NCBI GenBank assembly: GCA_965261085.1 | Contig: OZ253442.1 | Coordinates: forward strand, 2,944,001 to 3,008,000 | From: a bacterium | Lineage (GTDB): Bacteria; UBA8248 | Reading direction: 5' to 3' | Length of the DNA stretch: 64,000 nucleotides | Shown: one piece after another, positions 11,226-19,763 of the stretch | Numbering within the stretch: position 1 is the stretch's first letter | How the letters are laid out: every line of letters begins with the position of its first letter | Translations under genes and position numbers: made by a program | Notes under the pieces: model-generated | The model's database searches: none | Told to the model about the DNA's origin: nothing | Seen by the model: the letters and a program-made list of their open reading frames with translations, nothing else

Positions 11226-12689
11226 CTACTCCCCGTATTCGTTCTCGCCCGGGGGCGGGGACGCGAAACTGTTCCCGATGGCGATCACGGCGTCGCGCCC
11301 GCCGTGTTGCTCGACCAGCGCCGCCTGCTCCGCCTTTGCGCGTCTATCCACCTCCTCGGGATCGAGGATGCACAAAAGACACGCTTCGAGTTCGGAGAGG
11401 ATGGATTGGTGCGCTGGGCTTTCGGAGAGGTCATGGCGTTCTTCGGGGTCGTTCTCCAGATCGAAGAGTTCAGGCTCGTGCCCCACGTAATGGATATACT
11501 TGTAGCGTTCGCGACGAATCATGAACAGTCCCGTCTTGGCGCCAAGCGCATGGAATTCACTGAAAATCTCGCGCTCGGGCTCATCGGGTTCGTTCGCGAT
11601 ACGGAACAAGGAGTCGCCATGCAGCCCTTTTTCCTCATCGCTATCGAGTAAGCCTGCGCAATCGAGCGCCGTGGGAAACAAATCGATGAGCGAGACCGGC
11701 GTTCGCGATACCTTCCCCCTCGGAACATCCGGGCCGGACACGATGAGCGGCACTGCGACGGATTCCTCATACATGGTGGATTTTCCCCAAAGACCGCGCT
11801 CGCCCAGATTGTCCCCATGATCGCTGGCGAAGAGCACCCGAGTATTTTCCCTGAAACCCGATTCTTCCAGGGCCTTCAGGATTTTTCCGACGTTCGAATC
11901 CACATAGCTGATCATGGCGAAATAAGACGCCAGAGCGACGCGGCGCTTGTGGTCATCGAAATAAACATCGTATGGAGCACATTCGTGAAGCGCCTCAATC
12001 CAGGGGTGCCAATCGTATCCACCAGAGGGGTGCGGTCTGGGCAGGGGGATATCTTCGAGCGGATAGAGGTCGTAAAACCCGGGCGGTCCGATGAAGGGAA
12101 AATGCGGACACGTGAGGGAGACGAACAACGCCCAGGGACGCTCGCCATGCTTGGGCGCTTCCCGGGCTATCCACTTGCAGGCTAAATCCGTGACTTCTCC
12201 GTCATACGCAATGTATTTGGAATCTCCCGGCCCGATGCGTTCGGCCATCCATTCCGGATGGTTCCTGGGCGGCAGACCCTTCTCATCGCGAACCGCGCTG
12301 TAAATATCGCCCACACCCCCTTTGGGCAAATGCAGGGGGATGATCTGCTCATCGAAACCGACGGGAATCTCGGCGCTTCGGTAATGAAGCTTGCCGACCG
12401 AGGTGGTTCTCACCCCGGCTTCCTGAAGGCGATGCCCCCAGCTCGGGGGCTCTCCCTCGTAGGGGTGCGCATTATCCCAGGCGCTAATTTCATGCACGTA
12501 TTTCCCCGTGGCGAAACTCGCGCGGGCCGGCACGCAGATGGGACAGTTCGTATATGCGCTCTCAAAGCGTGTGCCCGACGCGGCGAGCGCATCGATGTTC
12601 GGCGTTTTGACGATTGGATGGCCATAGCAACCCAACATTTTCTGGGTGTGCTCATCATCCATCAAGAGCAAGAAATTCATCGGCTTCAT
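11226..12689 (-). CDS. Cys-type sulfatase-family hydrolase (choline-sulfatase-like), no signal peptide
   Basis: MDDEH start, TPNIDALA, CVPAR formylglycine motif (CxPxR), GKLH, ASDHGD, GLWGKSTMYEES. Confidence 0.9.
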   Translation of the reverse strand: MKPMNFLLLMDDEHTQKMLGCYGHPIVKTPNIDALAASGTRFESAYTNCPICVPARASFATGKYVHEISAWDNAHPYEGEPPSWGHRLQEAGVRTTSVGKLHYRSAEIPVGFDEQIIPLHLPKGGVGDIYSAVRDEKGLPPRNHPEWMAERIGPGDSKYIAYDGEVTDLACKWIAREAPKHGERPWALFVSLTCPHFPFIGPPGFYDLYPLEDIPLPRPHPSGGYDWHPWIEALHECAPYDVYFDDHKRRVALASYFAMISYVDSNVGKILKALEESGFRENTRVLFASDHGDNLGERGLWGKSTMYEESVAVPLIVSGPDVPRGKVSRTPVSLIDLFPTALDCAGLLDSDEEKGLHGDSLFRIANEPDEPEREIFSEFHALGAKTGLFMIRRERYKYIHYVGHEPELFDLENDPEERHDLSESPAHQSILSELEACLLCILDPEEVDRRAKAEQAALVEQHGGRDAVIAIGNSFASPPPGENEYGE

Positions 12690-13002
12690 CCGCGAGACTC
12701 CTTGAATCGGTCAGAAATAGTTATGAATCCGCAGAATGATATCCCCAAAAACAACAAATTTGTAAATACCCCCTCTCCGAATTACGGCAAATCGCTCTCA
12801 TCCGCTTTCGACGATCCCACGCGAAGACATGCGCGTGAAAGCCGGCGGCGCGCGTTCCCCTTTTATCCTGGTTGCCAATTCTTTCCATTTCCTTCATTAT
12901 AAGGGAGCGGTTCGCCCAGACCCCCAAAAAGGCGCAGGTCGGGGAACGAAAGAAGAATATAAGCCCCTCGCATATGGCGAGAGGCTTAACAGGTTGATTA
13001 TA

Positions 13003-15825
13003 ATGAATTTAGACTACGCAAGGGATATCTTTCCCTTCGTCCAGAAGCCTTCGCGTTATCTGGGAAACGAGGTCAACGCGATCCATAAGGACCTCGCCAG
13101 AGTGAGGAGTCGAGTCGCCCTCGCCTTCCCGGATACCTACGAAGTCGGCATGTCGCACAACGGCATCCGCATACTCTATCACCTCCTGAACGCAGATGAA
13201 GACGTTGCCGCAGAGCGGGTTTTTCTCCCCTGGAATGATTTCGAGGCCATCCTGAGAAGCAAGAACGCGCTTCTGAGCACTCTTGAGAGTAGAACGCCCA
13301 TCCGGGAGTTCCACATTCTGGGAATATCGCTTCTATACGAACTGGCCGCCAGCAACATCGTCTTATTGCTCGATTTGGCCGGCATCCCCAGGCGCGCCGC
13401 CCAAAGGCGCAAGGAAGACCCACTCGTCATCGGGGGCGGCCCCGTGACGTTCAACGTAGAGCCTATGGCGCCTTTCTTCGACGCCGTCGCCCTCGGTGAT
13501 GGAGAGGAACTCTTCCCCGAGGTCATCAGGGTTCACGAAAAGTGGCGGGAGACGAACGAGCCGAGAGAGATGCTGCTCGAGATGTTAGAGGAGATTGACG
13601 GGATATATATCCCTAGTCGTTACGTGGTCGAACACGATCCGAGCGGCGAGGTGAAAAGTTTCCATCACCTCAGCGGACATCAAGAACCCGTTTTAGCGCG
13701 CGTTTTGGAGGATTTGAACAATTCGCCCCACCCCACGCAGCCCGTCATCCCCTACACCCAGGTGGTGCACGACCGGGTAACGCTCGAGGTGCAGCGCGGG
13801 TGCACGAGGGGATGCCGTTTTTGTCACGCAGGGATGGTCTACCGCCCCGTTCGGGATCGGGACCCGCACAAGGTTCTCGAACTCGCCGAGGAATCCCTCA
13901 AAAATACGGGTTATGAAGAAATCAGCCTCTCATCGCTTTGTATCGCCGATTATCAGCCGCTAAAGGGGCTGGTTCCCCGCTTGATGGAGCGCCTCGCCCC
14001 CATGCAAACCTCCATCTCCCTGCCATCGCTCCGCGTCGGTGCGATGAGCCCGGATCTACTGGCCCAAATTGCGCGCGTGCGCCGCACGGGCTTCACCTTG
14101 GTGCCCGAGGCCGGCAGCGAGCGTCTGCGCAACGTCATCAACAAGGTGTTGACCGAAGCGGATCTCAGGCGAAACCTTCAGGACATCCTCGATACCGGCT
14201 GGCCGGGCGTGAAATTCTACTTCATGCTCGGTCTTCCCACCGAGAATTTCGACGACCTACAGAAAATGGCGGACATGCTCATGTCCTGCATGAGAATGCG
14301 CTCGCGAAAAACGGGCGACCCGTTCCGCTTCATCAACGTAAGCCTTTCCACATTCGTGCCGAAACCACATACGCCGTTCCAGTGGTTTCCTCAAAACACG
14401 AAAGAGGAAATCAAGGCGAAGCTCGATTTCATCAAGCGTGCGGTGCCGGATAGGCGGATCAAGTTGAATTGGTCGGATCCCCGGCACAGTTTTCTCGAGG
14501 CGGTCATCTCAAAAGGTGATCGTCGCCAGGCGGATGTCATCGAGACGGCGGTCGACATGGGATGCAAATTCGACGGCTGGATGGAGTTTTTCGATTACGA
14601 GAAGTGGATGGCCGCCTTCGAAACCCATGGACTTGACCCGGAATGGTACGCCTACCGCGAAATCCCCGAAGATGCCCCGCTGCCCTGGGATCACCTCGAC
14701 TGCGGAGTGACCAAGGAGTACCAACTCGCCGACTGGAGACGATCCCTGCGCGAGGTCACCATCGGCGATTGCCGCTATGAGGCGTGCGGCCAATGCGGCA
14801 TTCTGGATAAATACAAGGGCATCAAATATCATTACGAAAAACCCATGCCCGGGATGAAATCCTCTCTTCCCATCATCAACGGACCGGCAGGGATGGGCGA
14901 TATCCCTCAGGCGGCGGATTTGCCCCCCGGGCAAGACGTTGCTCCCGCCGAGCTTGTGGAACTCGCAATCGCCAAGGCCCGGCCCGAACCGATACACCCC
15001 AAGCAGAGGCGTCGCAAGAACGTGGCCCGTGAATCCGGCCCCGTTCCCGTGGGTTTCGAGGGTTCACATGACGACAACCCCGGCCTCGCCGAGGAACAAC
15101 CCGACGCGCCCATCCGTAAATTCAGATTCATCTATAAAAAATCCGGAGACCTGCGCTTTTTAAGTCATTTGGAGATTCTGCGAACCTTTATCCGCGCCAT
15201 TCAGCGCGCAGGCTACCGCCTCGAACATTCCAAGGGCTTCAATCCGCACCCGAAAATCGTTTTCTCTTACGCACTGCCCGTGGGCGTGGAAAGCCGCGCG
15301 GAAGTGGTGGATTTCTCGCTTTTGGAGATCAACAAACGCATCGAATTGCGTGATTTGTTCCAAAACCTGAAACGAGAACTCCCGCGAGACCTCAAGCCAC
15401 GTTCGGGATGGCGCATCGAGGGGAAAACACCTTCATCAGCCAATGCGCTCAGCGCGGCGACGTATGAAATCTCCTTGTCCCGAAAAGATTTGGACTCGTC
15501 CGAAGCGCTGGATTCACAGATCAGAACCACTATCGAAGATTTCATGAACGAGAAAAGTATTGAAATAACGCGCGAACACAAAGGAAAAATAAAACATTTC
15601 GACGCGCGACCATCCATCATGCGATTTTCGCTCGAATCATCGATGGACACCGTCATCCGCCTGCACCTCACGGTGCGCTATGGAGATGGCGTGAAACCGA
15701 AGGTAACGGAAATTCTCGCCAGATGCTTCGGGTTGTCTCCCGAGGCGTGCCTGAGGGCCCGGATTCTGAAAATATCCATCCACTGGAGAGCGGGAACGTC
15801 CCGCGTGACAGCAAATGCCGTCTGA
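13003..15825 (+). CDS. TIGR03960-type radical SAM protein fused to a TIGR03936-type radical SAM-linked domain
   Basis: VQKPSRYLGNE, FPDTYEVGMS, QRGCTRGCRFC (CxxxCxxC), FVPKPHTPFQW, DCRYEACGQCG; C-terminal KKSGDLRFLSHLE...SKGFNPHPK...ALPVGVES; start set at ATG 13003. Confidence 0.88.
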   Translation: MNLDYARDIFPFVQKPSRYLGNEVNAIHKDLARVRSRVALAFPDTYEVGMSHNGIRILYHLLNADEDVAAERVFLPWNDFEAILRSKNALLSTLESRTPIREFHILGISLLYELAASNIVLLLDLAGIPRRAAQRRKEDPLVIGGGPVTFNVEPMAPFFDAVALGDGEELFPEVIRVHEKWRETNEPREMLLEMLEEIDGIYIPSRYVVEHDPSGEVKSFHHLSGHQEPVLARVLEDLNNSPHPTQPVIPYTQVVHDRVTLEVQRGCTRGCRFCHAGMVYRPVRDRDPHKVLELAEESLKNTGYEEISLSSLCIADYQPLKGLVPRLMERLAPMQTSISLPSLRVGAMSPDLLAQIARVRRTGFTLVPEAGSERLRNVINKVLTEADLRRNLQDILDTGWPGVKFYFMLGLPTENFDDLQKMADMLMSCMRMRSRKTGDPFRFINVSLSTFVPKPHTPFQWFPQNTKEEIKAKLDFIKRAVPDRRIKLNWSDPRHSFLEAVISKGDRRQADVIETAVDMGCKFDGWMEFFDYEKWMAAFETHGLDPEWYAYREIPEDAPLPWDHLDCGVTKEYQLADWRRSLREVTIGDCRYEACGQCGILDKYKGIKYHYEKPMPGMKSSLPIINGPAGMGDIPQAADLPPGQDVAPAELVELAIAKARPEPIHPKQRRRKNVARESGPVPVGFEGSHDDNPGLAEEQPDAPIRKFRFIYKKSGDLRFLSHLEILRTFIRAIQRAGYRLEHSKGFNPHPKIVFSYALPVGVESRAEVVDFSLLEINKRIELRDLFQNLKRELPRDLKPRSGWRIEGKTPSSANALSAATYEISLSRKDLDSSEALDSQIRTTIEDFMNEKSIEITREHKGKIKHFDARPSIMRFSLESSMDTVIRLHLTVRYGDGVKPKVTEILARCFGLSPEACLRARILKISIHWRAGTSRVTANAV

Positions 15826-17428
15826 AATCGTAGTCAACGCCGAACCGTTCGAAACACGTATCGCTGTGCTCGAAAACGGAGTAGCGGCCGAGCTCTATAT
15901 CGAACGCGAAAGCGGGAAAAACATCGTCGGCAATATCTATAAGGGAAAAGTGACGAAAGTGCTGCCGGGAATGCAGGCGGCATTCGTAGACATCGGGCTG
16001 GAAAAAGCGGGTTTTCTCTACGTGAGCGACGTGGACACCATCGAGTCCATCGAGAATTACCGGAAACTTGCTGCTGAGCAATCAGAGGACGACGATGACC
16101 TCGATTTCGAAGGCAACGACTTCAGCAACGGGGACGAGCACGACAACGACGATTACGAGCAACAAAATGGCTCGTCGCATCGCACCCTCGTCGGAAAACG
16201 TTCGCGTCGTTGGGACAAAGAAGAACGACACATAGAAGACCTGCTCAAAGACGGTCAGGACGTCATCGTCCAGGTCAGCAAAGAACCCCTGGGCACCAAA
16301 GGCTCCCGGCTGACGAGCTACATCACCCTACCCGGCCGGTACGTGGTCTACATGCCCACGATCAAGCAGATCGGCATCAGCAGGCGAATCGAGAACGAAG
16401 AAGAAAGAAAAAGACTCAAGAAACTGGTCCGCAGGAACCGCCAACCAGGGGCCGGATACATCGTTCGCACGGCGAGTGAAACCATGCCGGCCCAAGACAT
16501 TGAGGCCAACGTGAATTTCCTGCATGCGCTTTGGGAAGATATTTTAATCAAAAACGAATCGGCTTCGGCCCCATCCCGAATTCATGTGAATTTAAACATC
16601 ATAGAGCGGACCGTAAGGGATTTGTTCAATTCCGCCGTCGACAGGATGATCATCGACGACAAAGAACAATACCTGAAGACCAGGAAATTCCTGCAAAACT
16701 ACTATCCGCATCTGCTTCCCAAACTCCAGCACTATGATGGCGATGAGCCGGTATTCGATCATTTCGGCGTCGAACTCGAACTCGAACGCGCCCTCGGACA
16801 GCGCGTGTGGCTACGAAACGGCGGCTATATCGTGACCGATCAGACCGAGGCGCTTACAACAATCGACGTCAACACCGGGCGATTCGTGGGCAAGCAGAGC
16901 CCGGAAGAAACGATTCTCGAAACCAATCTGGAGGCGGTGCGGGAAATCGTATCCCAATTGCGCCTGCGCAACCTGGGCGGAATCATCATCGTCGATTTCA
17001 TCGACATGGAAAAAGAAGAAAACAGGGAAAACGTATTCAACACCTTCAAAGAGGAACTCAGGAAAGACCGCTCGCGCACAAACATATTGAAGATAAGCGA
17101 ACTGGGGCTCGTCGAGATGACCCGAAAGCGCGTTCGTGACAGCATTCAACGAACACTCTGCACCGCATGCCCCTATTGCGAAGGACGCGGACAGGTGAAA
17201 TCCGCGATCTCGGTAAGCTATGAAGCCATGCGGGAAGTGCGCCGAATGAGAAGAACACACAAAGATGCCGCGAAATTCCTCATGAACGTCCACCCCGAGG
17301 TCGTGGATATCCTCCTTGATGAAGAAAGAAGACACGTTGAAGAGCTCGAAAGCCTGCTCGACATACAACTGGTCATCAAAGGCGACGCCGAACTACATCG
17401 CGAAGGCTTCGAGGTCGTTCGGCTATAA
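15815..17428 (+). CDS. rng: Ribonuclease G (Rne/Rng family)
   Basis: VGNIYKGKVTKVLPGMQAAFVDIG (S1 domain), TEALTTIDVNTG, LRNLGGIIIVDFIDM, CPYCEGRG zinc link; no long C-terminal scaffold. Confidence 0.93.
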   Translation: MPSEIVVNAEPFETRIAVLENGVAAELYIERESGKNIVGNIYKGKVTKVLPGMQAAFVDIGLEKAGFLYVSDVDTIESIENYRKLAAEQSEDDDDLDFEGNDFSNGDEHDNDDYEQQNGSSHRTLVGKRSRRWDKEERHIEDLLKDGQDVIVQVSKEPLGTKGSRLTSYITLPGRYVVYMPTIKQIGISRRIENEEERKRLKKLVRRNRQPGAGYIVRTASETMPAQDIEANVNFLHALWEDILIKNESASAPSRIHVNLNIIERTVRDLFNSAVDRMIIDDKEQYLKTRKFLQNYYPHLLPKLQHYDGDEPVFDHFGVELELERALGQRVWLRNGGYIVTDQTEALTTIDVNTGRFVGKQSPEETILETNLEAVREIVSQLRLRNLGGIIIVDFIDMEKEENRENVFNTFKEELRKDRSRTNILKISELGLVEMTRKRVRDSIQRTLCTACPYCEGRGQVKSAISVSYEAMREVRRMRRTHKDAAKFLMNVHPEVVDILLDEERRHVEELESLLDIQLVIKGDAELHREGFEVVRL

Positions 17429-17479
17429 TGAGGCGCCCTGCGTTTTCTTCATGATTTTGCCGCCCTGAGGGTAGATGAT

Positions 17480-18271
17480 ATGCGGCGGAGTGCATGTGCG
17501 TTGGCACTCGCTATATTCATGGCGGGGTGCGCCAATTTTCCCCAACTCGATCCAGACTCCACTCCCTCGGAGGCGCCCCGAAGCGCTTCCGACATCAAGG
17601 CGCTCGAGAAAGAATTATCCACCGCCGAGGAGCGTAATGCGCGCCTTCAGACCCAAGTGTCCGAATCCGCCAGGAAAATCGAGACGCTTACCGAAGAAAT
17701 TCGTGACTTAAAAAAGAAAAACAACGCCTTGAAAACCACTGCAGAAAGACTGAGGCGGGAAAACATCATCGCCAAGAGCTTTCCGGTTCCCCCACCTCCG
17801 CGAAGGCCGATGAGAGCGCCAAAAACCTCGCCCGGAATGCGGGCCGTATCGCCCCCAAAGCCGGGACCCGGGTCCATCACCCCCCAGGAACTCCATAACC
17901 AGTCGTATCGCGCCGTCAGGGACGGGAAAAACGGTGAAGCCATTCGTGGATTTCGCCGTTTCTTACGTCTGTTTCCCAAAAGTCAACTGGCGCCCCATTC
18001 CCAGTTTTGGCTTGGGGAGGCCTATTACGCGCTCATGCAATACCCCGAGGCGCTGGATGAATTTCTTAACCTCATCACCAGATACCCCAACAGTCGCAAA
18101 GTTCCGGATGCTTATTACAAACGAGGACTTACCTATATCCGGCGCGCATTTCCCCTGAATGCAACGCTTGAATTTGAAAAATTGCTCGAAAAATTCCCAG
18201 CTCACCCATTATCCCAAAAGGCGAGGGTCCAACTCCAAAATCTCAAGCACTACACCCGAAAAAAGCCCTGA
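17480..18271 (+). CDS. cpoB: CpoB/YbgF-family coiled-coil plus TPR lipoprotein
   Basis: Lipobox MAGC, coiled coil, Pro-rich linker, TPR motifs SQFWLGEAYY and YPNSRKVPDAYYKRG. Confidence 0.8.
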   Translation: MRRSACALALAIFMAGCANFPQLDPDSTPSEAPRSASDIKALEKELSTAEERNARLQTQVSESARKIETLTEEIRDLKKKNNALKTTAERLRRENIIAKSFPVPPPPRRPMRAPKTSPGMRAVSPPKPGPGSITPQELHNQSYRAVRDGKNGEAIRGFRRFLRLFPKSQLAPHSQFWLGEAYYALMQYPEALDEFLNLITRYPNSRKVPDAYYKRGLTYIRRAFPLNATLEFEKLLEKFPAHPLSQKARVQLQNLKHYTRKKP

Positions 18272-18383
18272 TAAGAATAAATGAACTATACTCCCCTCGC
18301 CCCTGAATTTTTCCATGTCTTGACACGAGATACGGACTTCGTGTTATGGATGCAGGGGTAATAATGAACGCCGGAGATCGTAA

Positions 18384-19571
18384 ATGAGCACCTGGAACTC
18401 CATCATGCGCTCTCAAAATCAAGGCTCTTTGAGCCTCGACGATGCTTGGCTCGTCCTGCAAACCCTCCCAGGTATGACGCCTGAGCGTTTGAATCGATTG
18501 ACGGATGCGTTTCCGATTCCTGCGGAAGTTTTCGAGGCGCCTCCCGCCGTATTCGCGCGCCTTTGCGGCCGGAAAGCGCGTGAAGTTCTGGATAAGGATT
18601 CTCCGCTCGATTTGGCCTCGAAGATCCGCCAGGAGGCATCGAAAATAGGCGCAGGGATTATCACGCGCGATTCCGCCCAATATCCCGAGTCGCTGCACGA
18701 GATTTACGCCCCGCCGGGCGCATTTTTCATCGAAGGAGAAATTCTGGCCGCAGATCGCCTCGCCGTCGCCATCGTCGGCATGCGACGCCCGACAGACTAC
18801 GGAAGACGAGTGGCGAGACAGCTTGCGGCCGACCTCGCCAGGAAGGGGGTCACCATCGTCAGCGGAATGGCTTACGGTATCGATGCGGAAGCCCACAGAG
18901 CCACGCTCGATGCAGGGGGTAGAACCATTGCCATCCTCGGGTGTGGCCTTACCCAGAACTACCCGGCCGACCACAAGGAACTCAGAGGCGAGATTGCCGC
19001 CCACGGCGCCGTCGTATCCGAATTCCACCTTCGCGCTCATCCGAGGAAAGAGAATTTCCCGAGGAGAAACCGCCTCATCAGCGGCTTGTCTCTGGCGACG
19101 GTCGTAGTCGAGGCCGCGCAGCGAAGCGGCGCCCTCCTGACCGCCCGCCTGGCGCTCGAACAAGGACGCGAGGTGATGGCCGTACCGGGGCCCGTTCATA
19201 CCCAGAAAAGCACCGGTTGCCATTATCTGATAAAAGAAGGGGCGCACCTGGTCGAAAACGTGGACGACATCGTCAACGCCCTTCCAGAGTACGCCCGAAG
19301 TATGCTAGATAGTCCAGCGCAGATTCGAATCAAGGGATTCGGGCCTGAGAAAAGCGAAGCCAGAGACGCTCCAAAGCCGGCGCCGCACCAGAATCTCACG
19401 GAAGATGAAAATGCGCTTTTACTCTTGCTGGAGAATGGGGACAACACCATAGATGGACTGACTCAACAACGAGGCCTCCCGGCGCAAGAAGTTTCATCCG
19501 CCTTGTTGCGCCTGGAACTGGAAGGCCTCGTGAGACAAACGAATTCAGGAATGTATGAACGGTTTACATGA
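18384..19571 (+). CDS. dprA: DNA-processing protein DprA
   Basis: VAIVGMR, IVSGMAYGIDAEAH, NFPRRNRLISGLS, SGALLTA, C-terminal winged helix LLRLELEG. Confidence 0.95.
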   Translation: MSTWNSIMRSQNQGSLSLDDAWLVLQTLPGMTPERLNRLTDAFPIPAEVFEAPPAVFARLCGRKAREVLDKDSPLDLASKIRQEASKIGAGIITRDSAQYPESLHEIYAPPGAFFIEGEILAADRLAVAIVGMRRPTDYGRRVARQLAADLARKGVTIVSGMAYGIDAEAHRATLDAGGRTIAILGCGLTQNYPADHKELRGEIAAHGAVVSEFHLRAHPRKENFPRRNRLISGLSLATVVVEAAQRSGALLTARLALEQGREVMAVPGPVHTQKSTGCHYLIKEGAHLVENVDDIVNALPEYARSMLDSPAQIRIKGFGPEKSEARDAPKPAPHQNLTEDENALLLLLENGDNTIDGLTQQRGLPAQEVSSALLRLELEGLVRQTNSGMYERFT

Positions 19572-19763
19572 TGAGGCGATCGGCTCGCTCGTCGATAGGG
19601 AATTTTTGATTTGCGTTATGAATCTTCCACGAAAGAGGTACCGGATGAGACGAACCGCCTCCGCGAAGCGCAAGCGATTGCAAGTCGAAAAATGATAGCC
19701 GCCCACCAGGATAATTCATCCACAGATAACGCCCGAATAACAACCAGCGGGCATGAGAAATAA

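Noticed and set aside
10254-11651. 465-aa alternative-frame ORF across rodA and the sulfatase
   Set aside because: Arg/His-rich composition typical of off-frame translation; it overlaps two well-supported genes.
11226-15825. Radical SAM protein as an anaerobic sulfatase maturase for the adjacent sulfatase
   Set aside because: Its motifs are TIGR03960-type, it has no SPASM-like Cys-rich domain, it is divergently transcribed, and it is coupled to rng.
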